DNA of 64,000 nucleotides from Lytechinus pictus (Eukaryota), in the NCBI RefSeq assembly GCF_037042905.1, contig NC_087245.1:17422001-17486000 (forward strand), in the 5' to 3' direction. Under the pieces are notes generated by a model. The model worked only from the letters and a program-made list of their open reading frames with translations, was not told where the DNA came from and did no database searches. A program made the position numbers and the translations under genes. Shown here piece by piece: positions 32,401 through 47,400 of this stretch (position 1 is its first letter; each line of letters begins with the position of its first letter).

Positions 32401-35400
32401 CTGTATAAAATAGACAAGACAAATACCATTTGTAGCATATATCCAATCCAGTTCTAAAGGAGGACACCAACCTCATTTGGCAATTCAAACTGCTCATACA
32501 AGCGACTTTAACTTAGTGGTCTACAAGTAATCATGACATGAATTCCTTACATTACATTCTCTACTAATGTTTTCATGCAATGATAAAAAAAGAATTGTAA
32601 CAATTAGTATTACTAAGATAAAAAAAGAAGTTATTATTAATCATGAATAAGCAAGAAGGTCTGGAAAACATTCGTACTAGTTTTACTTGTTCATGATACT
32701 TACCGATTTCTTGGATTCATGCGTCTCCAGCCACTGCTCTGCTTTTTTCATGATGGCTCTCATGGTGATAGGAATGGAGAGACACTTCTGAAGCACCTTG
32801 GTTGCATAATCATCAGAACAGAAAGCTTCCTCACCAGGACCACTATGAAGCTTGGCTTTGACTGCTGATTGGTCAGTCAGGTCTAACTCCACTGTAAATG
32901 TACAATAAACAAAGATACCCTAAGAAATTGCTTAAACTTTATTATTATGAATCTAATATTTAAACTGTAAATATTCAACATTATTCTAATATATAAAAAT
33001 GGAAATGCTAACAATCAAAAGCAAATAAACATTTTGCTCATCTGATTCGCAGAAATAGTCATGCTAAATCTTATGTGTAACACTCAAATGCAGGTATTGT
33101 GCAATGCCTACAGATTGTTGCAAAGTCATCTTCTCGTCAATTACATGTTAAGTGGAATAGTTTCCCAAACTCCCCCCCCCCCCCAAACAAAAAAAAAGGG
33201 AACACATATGGGGGGATTAGCATGAATTGTGCTAATGAATATAAAACAGCTGATTATCAGCTGTAAGTATCAGCTTATATTTTTGTGGTCTGCATTTTAA
33301 TTGCAAATCTGTTACATTATGGGGATGATCAGCGGAAACAAGAGTATAGATCCCCTTTTCAATGGCTCTTCCTCTTTAGTATGCTTTCCTCTAAAATACT
33401 AGAAAGTATGATAAATATGACATGAATTTCAAATAAAAGGGATAGCGATTGTGCAATGAATAACTTAGTCTAAATTCTAGTTCAGTCTGGGATTTGAAAT
33501 ATGACCTCATGACCATGAAATCCAGTAATCAGATCAAGCTCTTCAACATACAGAGATAAGAGAAATGTGCTCACCACATGCAACTCCTTCCCTGGCTGGG
33601 TGTTCAAAGGTGACTGTGAGCTTCTGGTTGGTGTAGGGAGTTACTTCAAATAGCACACATTCAGCTGGATCTTAGGAACAAGAAAAGGGCAATAAACAAG
33701 TTTAACTAAACAATTATCACTGATTGCCCTCAATTTTCTGAGCTACAAATGCAGAAATCTCCAATTATTTGACCAATACGGTGCATTAGTTAGCTAACAA
33801 TATCATGTCTTTGGCCTCACCACATGCAGAATTTCAGTTTTTCTCGGTCTTCTTTGTATTGTCCTTGAATCCTTGGACGATCTACAGCCATTAAGAGTTG
33901 AAACCCCGATTAGAGCCTTAGCTAAACAAGGCTTAATTTTTTTGTATGTGCCTAAGCATGGGTTTTCTACACAATTGTCATGATTGCTGTCAATTGAATG
34001 AGCTTGAGGTGATAGCAATTCTTAATCATTCATGAAGAAGGGGAACGGGCAAGTGGTCATTCACACATTGTTTACAATTATATTTCAGACTCCTTACCAT
34101 AAAAAGCAGCGACCAATAGCAAACCTTTGAACATCCAATCAAGATCATTCATGAATTGTAAAATGTGTTTTAAAAAAATCAGTTACAGAGCACAGGGCTC
34201 TGTCTTACAAATTGCAATTGATTCAAATCAAACACATAAAGCAATTAACTACCCAGATTTAGATGAAATACAATTTGAATCACATTTGTATATCTCACAG
34301 CCCTTTGTAAGACAGAGCCAAACAATTGTGAAGGAGATACTCACCTTCGCCTTCTTTGTCCCTGACACAGCTGGCAATGAGAGTATTATAGACAGCCTGT
34401 TGTCTGAGAAGTGAGATGATCTTCACTACCGTGTTAGGTGCTGTGAAGGTGATCTTAGAGAGCAAGGCGCCTTGCATGTCTCTCAGATCATTAGGGTTGG
34501 TGCCATCATTGATGATATATGAGTGATGCTGATCAGGAAGTTCCTGTACAAATCAAGATATACAAAGATTTCAATCTCAGGTTAATTGATAATTAACTGT
34601 AAGACAAAGTAGAATGGATAACATGGATGTAAACACTTGGAATTTCTTTCAATTCTCCAAAACAATCTTTAGCTCAAGACCCAGAACTAATGCTAGACAT
34701 AAAAGGTGGTTTCCTTACTATTTCATCAGGGAATAAGATCAGCTTAAACAAGCATTTTATTCAAACAACTGTTAATTGATAATAAACTGTAAGACAAAGT
34801 TGAATGGATAAAATGGATGTAAACACTTGGAATTTCTTACAATTCTCCAAAACCATCTTTAGCTCAAGACCCAGAACTAATGCTAGACATAAAAGGTGGT
34901 TTCCTTACTATTTAATCAGGAAACAAGACCAGATTAAACAAGCATTTTATTCAAACAAATATCATTTGCGATGATTCATCTACTTCCTTCAATGTTCATT
35001 TTTTTTAAATCAAAAGGTGCACAAAGACTACACAAAATTCAAATCTCACTCATGTCAAATATGTAACCAAATTTCATAGTAAACTTGTTTCTATATACTT
35101 TTCTTTATTACAGATTAAACTAATCTGTACTTAGTGGGCAAAAGGCACTCTATAAAAGTGATTACTACGGCTGTAATTGGTATATGCAATTTAAATACCA
35201 CTCAATCTTGGGTGAAGTTACACCAGGAAGTTTTGGAGTACTCTTCTCTACTCTTAAGCACAACATAAAAGCTTTTCTTGTGAAGACCTAACAATAAGAT
35301 TTGTTCTAACTTAAATTTTGTTCGGAGAAGCCAATACTTGCACCCGAAAAAGCCCATGGTGAAGGGGTGAAGAATCCACCTCTCGGGCATTTGGTTGCTC

Positions 35401-38400
35401 GCATCTACTTTCCAGTCTTGCAAAATCGTTTGAGACAAAAATAGCACCATCTGGGCAAATAGCTCCCATGTCATGCACTATTTGCGGTATTTAAATATAG
35501 AACGAAAGTCCAACCATGTTCCAATAAAATCTGCAATTAGTTACTAAAAAAAAACAGCAAAAAAGATGGCTTACCACAATGTAGTTTTTTGTTTTATTTT
35601 GACGGCCATCTTTCGTCTGATTTTGAAGGAATGTGACAGGGTCCAGGGTGAATCTACAGATGAGTGTATTGAGAGGTGTAGCAGCAGTGGGATCAGCATA
35701 CTGTGTAGAAACACCTGTCACACCAAAAGAGAATGGAGACATTCTTATGCCCAAAATGACGGAACTATCATCAGGCCTACAGCATAATCTTTTAAAGACT
35801 ATAAGACTTTTAAAGACTATAACTCAGGAGAGATGAATGTTATATTAGGGATGATTTCATACATTTCAGCAATATGAATTTTATATCTAAGAGCTCTTCT
35901 TGTAGAAATTTGACCTTGCTATCCACCGACAATCAAACCAAGTTGATGTGCTATGGCTATTTGACAAGATCTTAATCCTTATTACCAGTCCTTAAGAAAA
36001 GGCCTAAAGAGCTGTCACTTTATTTAATTGTATTACTATCATCTCAGAGAGGAACAAAAACAATTTGCACTCTTGTTTACCTTATTAAGAGTATTCACGC
36101 TTAACAGCCACATAATATAACCACCAAAAATCGAGAGAAAGAAAATGTAACATATGTATATCATTCATGAGATCACTGTTTTTCCTGCAGGTGTCTTTTA
36201 ATATCACTAGAATACACTTTTTCTTTGATAGATTTATATTTGCCTTACTTAAACATTATGTACTATTTAATGGCTTGAAAAAAAAACAGCCATGCAAAGT
36301 AAATGACCAAACACTGTAAAATTGAAAATTGCTAAACAGGTATTAAGATACATGTTTAGGGAATGCATCCATATTGTATTGGCAGCGTGCACCCGGCGAG
36401 CGTACGCCTGCACACTCTAAGACGGGATAATAGCGTCGGCCAGCGGCAGCTAGCTGCGATAATTAAAGCACAATAGAACTCACATCCGCTCTCGCAGCTC
36501 CCCCTGTGCCTGCTGCCGCTCGCTGCCATACTTTATAATCCATTGGATTAGAGATTTAATCCCCAGCTCGCTGTATCTAGCGGCAGCTCGCTGCCGCTAG
36601 CTGCGCTGTAGATATCTCAAGCGCTGCCGCTGCTCCCCATTTCTATCAAAATTCGCAAAGGCAATCTCACGTACCCCGCGCCAGCCACGACTAGCCTTCA
36701 ATAATTCCGCGGCTCGCTCTGGAAGAGTTAACATATACGTCGTGGTGCCTGTACTAGCTAGTTCCACTTGTCGTGCTGTTTTACTTCGATTTATTATTTT
36801 TATAAGCATGATAATGAAAGGCGTTCCTCTTTTATGTTCCTAGCAAAGCATGCATGCAAGCACGCTCTATATTGGAAACGACTACAGCTAGCTAGTATAT
36901 GCTCGGCCGCATCGTGTCGCATGGCGACCGAGTACAGATCAACAACCACGTGCGCACGATGTGATTATGACAACAATTCTCGATCTCGATATTAAAGTCG
37001 CGATGGTTCTTGATAGTTTCCGTTGTCAACGAACTGAACTGAAAATTAACACTATCGATAGAAATACTGCCGATTTCGAAAATGTTGCAGCTTGTGAATT
37101 GAGATTGACACAGAAGATTCACACATGAAAAATAAGTTGAATTAATGACTTTTTTAACGTATGATTTTGGGGCCGGATACTGATGGATAATGCATTACAC
37201 GCCTATTTTATCCCGTTTTATCCGAACGTCAACATTGCTTCTTAGCACTGACAACAAAAATATTAATTCTTGAGCATGAAAATCAAGAAGCGCAAGACCA
37301 ACCGTTCGTTTTAAAAGAATATTAATGATCGAGCAGTTGCACGAATGGTGCCCATGCATAGTTTTTACCTCTATTGAGGCCATAGTTTGAGACATCTTGG
37401 TATGAATAGGCCTATATCATCCAACTCGCCGGATAATGTCCACCAAGAGCGTATAAATAGAGTGGTAGGCCTATTCATCTTTGCCATGGGAAGATATTAA
37501 TATTTTTTAGAGGCCAGATAAAATGAGACAATATGAATATGATGCCCGAATGTAACTAAATTAGGGCGAACTATGATAGCAACGGCAGACTAAGTTTTGG
37601 AGAATGATAATGACGCCAAATCATTCAACACGCTAAATCGCAAATCAACAAAATGTCTACTTCTTTTTATTTTGTTTGACATCATGCTGCCTTCCTTTTA
37701 TGTTATTTTTGTTTTTATGTTTTTGACATTTTGATTTTGTTTCTGACATCATATAATTTGTTTGGGTATATTTGTTTTTTGTTGTTGTAACTTTTGCCGA
37801 ATTTTTGATATTGTAGGCACTCTTGATTCTTGAAAATTATTGGGAACGCAATCTGCTTCTGTGGGACTTTATTGGAAAAATACGCGAATTGTATTTCTTT
37901 CAGGAGAATAAGAGTTTACATTGGGAGGTTTTAATCATATTTATATAATTTATTTCCACTTCAAAACAATTTCGAAAATACGTCTCGAACGATCGTGCAT
38001 TATAATCTAAGATGTCGAGTACTTTTATTTCAACGTATTTCCCTTTCTGACTTTATTGGAAAGATAAGCGAATAATATTTATTTCAGGATAAATAGTTTA
38101 TGGTATCTGAAATAAATTCTATATAATTTCCACCTCAAATAATTTTAAAATACGTTCCGATCGTTCATGAGCTGATCTGAGACGTTGAGACCATTATCCA
38201 ATGTATTTAGAATTTAGATTTCTGACTTAATTGAAAAGAGACGTGAATTGTACTATAGGGTTAGGAGGGTTTTTAGGAGAGAGTTTATTCTAGAAGGTAA
38301 TTAAATTATTTCAATATAATTTCCAAATCAAAACAATTTTGAAATAATTTCTGTCCCGAACGATTTTCAATTAATCTGAGACGTTTAATTCTTTTTATTC

Positions 38401-41400
38401 AAACCCTTACCTTTTACCGGACCTAATAAACCGGCCAAAGTCAACGATCAGCACCATTAGCGTACCAAATAAGGGGGGGGGGCAGACTCCCCCCCCTGAC
38501 GAGTCACAGCACATGCAAGTGACGTATCCCTGCCCCCCCCCCCCCCTGACGAGTCAAAAGTGATACCTGACGGGCCATAAGTGACCCCTCTCCTAATGTG
38601 AAGACCTTTTTTTGCTTGTCTTTTTTTTCTGGCGCGAAATGTCATTTACTTGTGGTTCAAGACCTTTTTTGTTTGTCAAAATTTTGGGGCGGACGAATTT
38701 GCACCCCCTTTGAAAAATCTAGGTATACGCCACTAATCAGCACTACTATTTATACCTCGGTCACATTTGCTCTACAGCGGCTGTACGGCGAGTCGAAAAC
38801 AGCCGTTTTAACATTTTTGAACCAGCTGCAAATACATGGTTTGTATTTTAAAAAATGAATAAACGGCTGTTTTTTATTCGCTTTACGGCTGCCGTAGATC
38901 AAACGTGACCGAGGTTTAAGTCTCGGCATAAAAATCAGTGCTTCTCAGTATCAAGAATATTCAATACTGTATTTCTAGGCACGGGATTAAATCCGATCAG
39001 CCTTTCATCCACCAGTTTCCTATTGTGCGCTAACAATTCCCTAGTGACGCTAAAGACCACACGCAGAGTGGGGGGGAGGGATTGCGGGGGCGTTAAGGGT
39101 CAAATGCAAATTATCGCCCATTATCATTAACTTTCAAAGCTAGACAAACGCCGTCTTTTGATCGCTCTGTATCATTTCGAGCAGGAACAATAATAACAAA
39201 CCGGATATGCGGTTTAGTAGTCCATTTTTTTCTTATTAAGAAACATTGAATGAAGAAAAAGAAAACGCTTGGGATCCACAGATGACATCCCCATACAAAA
39301 CATCTTACTTATGAAAAAAAGGGAAACTGTATGATACTCATTGTAACTTCCATACTGCAATATTTGATGACCCAGTATCATTTTAGGTCTATTTTTTAAG
39401 TTTAGCAACATTTTGTGAATAAATAGGCTAGGGCCTTTATACAAATAATGGGAACTGATAGATGTGACGATCCTTTTTTGTGCGCATGTGGTTATTCAAA
39501 TGAGGAAACTCTTCACCCTCTATATTTTGTTATGAACATGATGAATGGGTGCTACTGCGTATTTCGCGAACCAATTCCATTAGATTGTTGGATGCATGGA
39601 ATATCTCTGTCGTTCTTTGATTTTCGCCATCATTTCCGATTGATGTTGTTTTGAGGTGCAAACAATTCAAGATAAATTTCATATATCTTTAGGACTGAAT
39701 TCATGTTCTTTGAGAACATAAATGACACTTTCCCCGACAATATCGGAAAGACAAATGAAATGGAGTTACAAACATCTCAAATTAATGCACGATCGATCGT
39801 GCATGATTTGAAATTTAATTTGAGTGTAAACGATTTAAATAACTGATATTTCCCTAGATGGACGAACCTATGTTTTGTCCGGAAAAAATTAAATTACTAA
39901 TTTTCCCGACAAAGTCGAAAAGGCATTTTTTAATGGAATAAAAGTCGCAAAATTTCTTATTCTTGATCCAATCCAGCATGAGATGAAAGTATTTCAGTAT
40001 GGAATATCGAGTTAAAAGATATCCTCTGTCAATAAAAATATATTTGAAGACTTTCGATGTGGAAATAATTGATTTTTGTAGGATTATGAATATCTATATC
40101 TTCCAACAATATACGATTGTTGTTCTTGATCCGTCCCGTTATAAAATGATGGTCGACTTCAAGAAAATCGTAGATATACCTATACAGAGTTTCGATCTAG
40201 ATGATACTTCTAAAAGGTTTCGAATCGGAAAGAGATCCGACCCGACATAAAATGGCGGTATGAAGTTGACAAATATCGAGTTCATAAAGATCTTAAATTA
40301 TCAAAAATATACTTCTGAAGAGTTTTGGAACGGAAAGAATCTAATTCTCCCTACGCTATAATATCTACATCTTTTAACAAGATGCAACCATTGCTTGTTC
40401 TTGTTCCGATATGAAATTAAGTATAAAAAAGTTACTCCTCCCCCTAATCAAAATTACACTGCTGCCGCCCATCCTCCTACCCCGGATGCCGGGCAAGGGG
40501 ATTTAAAAATATAGTAATGTACATAAAATAATGATCCGCATATATTCATACAATTTGCGTTCAGAATTTTATATTGCTCTAGATGCACATCACAAGGCGG
40601 TAAATGAACGTGGACTGAAAAAGGGACGATATGTTCTATTTCCACTCCATGCAGAATCATTGCCATGTTCGTGCCATTTCTAGTTAATTGATGCATACGC
40701 AATTGTTGATGATTATTTTACATCTCTAACAATTTTGTCCAAAAAGCGTCACTTTTCTCCTGTATCTAATTTGTCAACAAAGTTAGAGCTGCAATGCTTT
40801 TATCCTTTCAACGATAAAATGCGAAGAAACAATATATTTAATTCCCTATAGAAATTAGAGCTATTGTGACAAGTTCGAGCAACTGGCACTTCGTCATTTC
40901 ACAAAGGAGTGATTAGTCCTCATGATCGAATTCATTGAGCCCGAGCTTCATTGAAAACAGTTGGCATCTCGGTTTTTTTTTGTCTGGACGATCTTTGTGC
41001 ATTTCTTGGCAAAAATAACTATTACAAGATTTCTTTGAACAGGAGTGAAAGCAGGAAGCCTGACCAGGTTGACGTTATTCCAATAAACCCCAACATGAAA
41101 CTATGAACAATGAGCACGCAATAAACAGACGAACATTATATTTCAAGTGTTTCGGGTAATTATAATTTTTCAATGTAATTTCAAAAATCGCGAGAGCAAA
41201 AGAAAGTGTGAAAACGGAGAAAAGCAAATAGAATGAATTAAAGGATGTTAAAAAAAAACAAATGTAAAAAATAGAACATGAAGATTTAAAGAACGGGATT
41301 TTAAAAATAGCGACCAATTCAGCCGACATTATATGTTTTGGGTAGTTGGACATCAAACATGTGGTGGGGGGGGGGACACGTCCTTCCAAAAGTCAGTTAA

Positions 41401-44400
41401 GCGTAGAGGACACAAAATTGCCATACATGTACCTCCCTGCTCACCCCCACCCTCTCCCCCAACAAATGGAAGCTTTATTTCATTTGATTATTTACGAACG
41501 TTCTCACTTGTCAAAACTATCAAAATTGTCAAGGATCTGCCTTATAGAAAATTCAAGCGCACTTCGTGTCGTGTTCTCGTTCTTGCGCCATTTACAAAGG
41601 CCAAATGAAATTTGATCTTAGTTATATAGCAATATAATGAGGCATATCTCTTAAAGTAGCTGAAAAGGCGGCAAGGCATTGTGGCCCCGGGTAAATCTAG
41701 GAGTTACACTCATAAGTGCCCACATGAGTATGGACTTGGTTTTATACCCCCCCCCCTATTTTTAAGTTTATCTTTCTTTTAATTATGTTAACAATTTGCA
41801 TAGATTTTGTATCCCCACGCCGATACAAAAGGTAAGTTAGAATCAAAGTAATCTCGCCTTCTAACAAGGTATTCTGTTTGGATGCCTATTGACATTACCG
41901 CCCTAAAAAATATAATTGTACATAATAATACCATAGAGCTATATATACTTTGTTGATTTCAACGTGCCCGGGATTTTATAGGTCTAATAAGTTTCGACCC
42001 CCCCCCCTTTACATGAATTCGCCGACCAAGGGCAAAAAAGTAGAGACTCCACAGGATGTTCCTTCTTATCCCCTTTTAAGATTAACTGCATGATTAAGAA
42101 ATACCTAACAAAGGTGCTGTTTAAGTCATTAAAGATCAAAGCGTCATTTTGCTTTCACCATATAATGCGCGGCGAGTTCTTTTCAAAGAAAGTATCCGAC
42201 TTAGATTATATTGATTAATTATCATTGAAGGGTCATGGGCGTAGCGGACATAAATATTCTGCGAAAGATCCTGCTCTTTTCATTGCGCTTGAGCGTTTTT
42301 CATTAAATTGATTAATTGTGTATACATGTACGTGTATGAAAACAGTCATAATGAATTGCGAAGAAGCACTATTATACTCACCTGCTGCGACCAAATTCAA
42401 TGATTATGTAAAAATGAAATGAAATTACTTGAATACTTTTGCATGAAATATTATGGCATAAAATCACAAATTTTGTAATTTGAACCATCAAATTAATGGC
42501 AAGGTGAATTATATCATTCTAAAACAGGAACAAGCGATTATCGTACATTGGTGGAAGAAATAGTTAATTTTTAAGCAGGGTTAATTAGATATATATGAAT
42601 CCTTCCACCTTGAAACGTACTAGAAGTATTTCTTAGATCGTTTATAAGACAGTTTATGGCTCAATATTTCGCACATTTACACCTTCATTTCGTGTCGGAG
42701 CAGAAATAAACAAACAAGCTATAATCGTTCATTGTTGGAAAATACCGTAGATTATTGCAAAAGGCAGTCAGATGCTTTCCGCCTCATAACTATTTAGAAA
42801 TCTGCTACCCGTTTTATCTAAAAACATTCCAAATATTTTGCTTCATTTCATGTCGGGTCGGATTCAAGAACAAGCTATCATCGTACATTGTTCGAAGAAT
42901 AGAATAGTTATTTTATTTCCGCGTTAAATAATCTAGGACCCGTGTTATCTGTCAATATTCCAATATATTTTGTTTTATTAAATGTCTGGTCGAATTCAAG
43001 AGCAAGCGATTATCGTACATCGTTCAAAGAAATACGTAATTATTTCGCAAGTTTAATTATATGAATACGAATCTTTCCACCTAAAAACGGACCAGAATTA
43101 TTTCTAAACCATTTAAGACACTTTTAGCTCAACATTTCATTCTTTTATACCTTCACTTCGTGCCCGAGCGGAAACAAACACACAGGCGATAATCGTACAA
43201 TGTTGGAAAATACCATAAATTATTACGAAAGGTAATTAGATTCTTCCCGCCTTAAAACTATTTAAAAGTATATTTAGAATAATCTACGACCCGTGTTATC
43301 AATTAACATTCCATGTATTTTGTTTTATTAAATGTCTGGTCGAATTCAAGAACAAGCGATTATCGTACATTGTTCGAAGAAATACGTAATTAATTCGCAA
43401 GTTTAATTACATGAATACGAATCTTTCCACATTGAAACGTACCAGAAATATTTTTTAAAGTTTTTAAGACACTTGTTAGCTCAATATTTCATTCTTTAAT
43501 ACTTTCATTTCGTGCCAAAACGGACCCAAACAAACACGCAAGCGATAATTTTACATTGCTAGAAGATTCTATGCCCTATTTCATGTCGGGTCGTATTAAA
43601 AACAAGTGATGATTGTACTTTTTTGGAAGAAATAGATAATTATTACGCAAGGGAAATAATATAAAACTCATATCAATATGAATCTTTCCACCTCGAAACG
43701 TACAAGAAGTATTTTGCTAAAAATCTAAGAGTCTTTTTAGCTCAATATTTCATAGTTTAATACCTCCATTTCGTGTCGGGCGGACAAGAAAAATCGCCGC
43801 ATCGGTCGCGCACATTTCACCAACGGAAATATAAAAAAGCACATCATTTGAGTACGAGTATTCGCTTGCAAGTTGGCCGCGTGCAAGCTGCGAGAAGCGG
43901 CGAGAAGCTGCAAGGATAAAATCTAGGATTAGATTCTTGTTAATCTGCTTTAATCTGAGCAGCGCGCCGCCGCTAGCTGCGTCTAGCGGGGAGATACATC
44001 CTGTTCACTAATTACCGCAGCGGGGGTGTGCTCGCCGGGTGCACGCTGCCAATACAATATGGATGCTTTCCCTTAGTCAAACTAGAACGATTCGGTCTCA
44101 ATTTCAAAAGCTATTTTGTCAACTATTCTTACCCGATATATTCTGGAGCTGTTTGAGTAGGATGAGAGACATGGGCATAGGTTCACTGAGCTTCAGCACA
44201 AATGTAGCAGGGATATTGATGCTATTTTGATTGCTCAAAGGCATAACACTGCAAATAAAGAAGGAAAATCAATTTATATTGAATAATTGATCAATTCACT
44301 CAGCAACTCATTTAATTATTCATACATTTATTCATTTATTAATCATTTAATGCTTTCTTTTATTCATTCATTCATCGAATCATTCTCCACTGTTCGATTA

Positions 44401-47400
44401 TTTCATTCAATCACTTGAATCATTAAAACAAATTGAGAAATACAAACACCATTTGAAGTTGTTTTAAATTGAGTGGAGATGCAATGATTCAGTTGTAGGG
44501 CAACTGTGCAGGTCCCAAGTTAAACTTAAAGAAATGACGCACGAGTGATGCACTAGTTCCCATACAGGGTCTCGATAGAACCATTTATATATGTAAAACT
44601 GTATTCTTACTTGGTGATCTTGTTGTCTGTAACCATCATGGTAGGAGCTGTCTGAATCTTCCTCTGAGAAGCACTTTCTATACCAACTGTCACAGATAAC
44701 CCAAGGTCTTTGGGCAAAGGTTCTGAAATTGAAACATTGTCAGATCCAATATGAATAATAAGTAGGAACTCTGCCAAAGTTTAATCTCTTGGGAGCACAG
44801 AAATCTGTTTGACTTGATAGAAAATAATAATAACAACAATAATAATAATAATAATAAAAATAATAATAATAGTAAATTGACACAGACAACCTAATGTTTG
44901 CAGAGTCTTCTTGAAAAAATTGCTTCACATAGGCAATAATATGATTCTTGAAAAATGTATTAACATAGATTTAATAACGTTTACACGATATGAAATATTC
45001 GTGTTATATTCAATAGCAAGAATAAAACCCTTGGATTTCCTATTCGTATACACCGATGAAATATTGCTCTTTTTTTTTCTGAAGGATTTAGAGCAATATT
45101 CATTCCCATCAACCTGCACCAACATAGTGATATGAAATATGTAATTTGTAAAATGACTTTTGACAAACCAATTTTAAAATCAAAATAAGGTAAAATTTAC
45201 CATCTTAAAAACACATAAATGTGGAGCGTTGTGGCCCAGTGGATTAGTCTCCGGACTTTGAAACAGAGGGTCGTGGGTTCGAATCCCAGCCATGGCATAA
45301 TTTCCTTCGGCAAGAAATTTATCCACATTGTGCTGCACTCAACCCAGGTGAGGTGAATGGGTACCTGGCAGGAATTTATTCCTTGAAATACGTGTGCGCT
45401 GTAATCTTAGTAATTATGGCTGCCAAGCTACAGCTGGGGTAATAATATCCATGTCCTTTGGAGGCGCATAGAGACATTATTCATAATTGTGATATGCGCT
45501 ATACAAGAACTGTGTATTATTATTATTATTAAATGTATAAATAAACAAAGTAAATGTTTCAAAACCATGCACCATTTTTAATGCACAATTCAGGAATACT
45601 CTCTATTATCCTTTGCAGGAAAAAATGCATCAATGAATAATAGTTTTCAATGTGTCAGGTGTTTGCAAACACAAAATATCTAGAATGTTTGGGTGTATTT
45701 TTAGCAGTGATGTGTTTGACTCCATACAGGCCAATTCGAGTCAAGTCAGTGTCTGGCCTTTCTGAGTGCGAATCCAAGAGTAAACTGCACATGATCATAT
45801 ATATTATGGCTGCTATTTTTCTTAACTAACCTGTCAGAGAGAGTTCTTTCGTCTGCTTTTTTTCCACATCCAGCAAATCATATGGGGACACAAAGTATGT
45901 AAGGCGCATCAGATGACCTAAGCATTAAACACAATGACAATTCAATAAAGAAATGTTTTGAGTTCTGAGGGGATGTGGATTACGAATTCTATAACACATG
46001 TAATATATATTAAATCTATTCAGATGAACTTGATGTTGAGAGTAGACTTTGTCTCAAACAACCAAGTCCACTCCAACAAGATGATTTGAACAGATAGTGA
46101 CAGACCACGTACTTAAAAAGTCACCAAAATTTGATGTAAATCAAGAAAGTTATGACATTTTTAAAATGTAGCATAATTACAGATAAAAAATAATAATTTG
46201 CACAACACCTGCAATATGCAAATAAGAATTGTCATATTTTTTTATCATGAATAAAATATTAATATCGAAAGATTCGGTAATAAATAAAATCTATAAATTC
46301 AACAATGACAATCCCATGTGTTCACAAGTAAGTACATTTTCAGAGATGGAGAAACACAATTTAGGCCATCATCATTAACAAAAACACTATTGAAATTAAA
46401 TGGCAGAAAGCTTACCTCCTACTCTTGGTGTCAGATATCCTACAAAGCCCTTAGTGATATGAAGAAGAGGACTTCCACTGTGAATATGAATACAAATAAC
46501 ATTAGATACAAATGATAGCATAGATTTAAAAATAATTACATATCAAGCAACAACAAAAAAATAGGTTGGTAGAATTTATGACATAATAAAGAATAAAAAA
46601 TGTTTTTAAACCTGTATTAAGTTTGGGTAAATATAATGATTATCATTAATCTTCAAAGTCTGAAATTACTGTCAGATAAATACACTACTCAAAAAAAGTT
46701 AAGGACCACTTTTTAAAACGTACATAAAGATTTTATACAAGGTGTTTTATTTCTGGAAATACCTCAGTACAACTGTCCTAAATGTCCTTAAACACGCTGT
46801 AATCAATTTCACGCATGGGTGGTTTCAGTTGTTGCACAATGTCTCTCGCATCACTGCACATCCTGAAAAGTGGGCCCCGAGGGGTATCAGCTACCGACAT
46901 GAAGTGGTAAAAACGAATGTCTGAGTGTCTTTCAGGCAGTTCAGTAACGAGTGTGACCACCTCCTGCAGCAATAACGGCTTCACAGCGCTGTCTCATGGA
47001 GCTGATGAGGCGATTGATGTCTCTGACGTCCAGTGCATCCCATGCAGCCTCCAGAGCCACACCCAGCTGCTGCAGTCCAAGTGGATGGGCTTCGAGCTGC
47101 TCGAGACTCCTCCCCATCATGTCCCAGACGTGCTCTATCGGGTTTAAGTCCGGGAACCTCGCTGGCCACTCCATACGCTCAATCCCCTGGCCCTCAAGGA
47201 ACTCGGTCACCACCCTAGCTCGGTGGGCACGGGCATTGTCATCCATGAAAATGATGTTTTGTCCCACATTTTCTGCAAATGGCACCACTATAGGTTCAAG
47301 GACCTCATCCCTGTACCTCACTCCTGTCATTGCTCCCCCTGGGACCACGTAGAGACGAGTACGGTTGGCGTAGGTGATGCCTCCCCACACCATGACGCTG

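Larger units (their letters stand above)
36359..44072. mobile_element. 7.7 kb non-autonomous PIF/Harbinger-like DNA transposon in a MED1 intron
   Basis: ~43-bp TIR GGGAA(T/A)GCATCCATATTGTATTGGCAGCGTGCACCCGGCGAGC at both ends; TTA TSD at 36356-36358 and 44073-44075; GCTGCCGC-rich subterminal regions; no recognisable transposase ORF. Confidence 0.85.

Noticed and set aside
42520-43785. CRISPR-like repeat-spacer array
   Set aside because: Eukaryotic intron context; the inter-repeat sequences are themselves homologous, the repeats are degenerate, and there are no cas genes.
45223-45296. tRNA gene (TTG anticodon-like loop); also at 546 and 55454
   Set aside because: Imperfect stems, and the sequence continues into a shared SINE body with a TTA tail and TSD; these are SINE heads.
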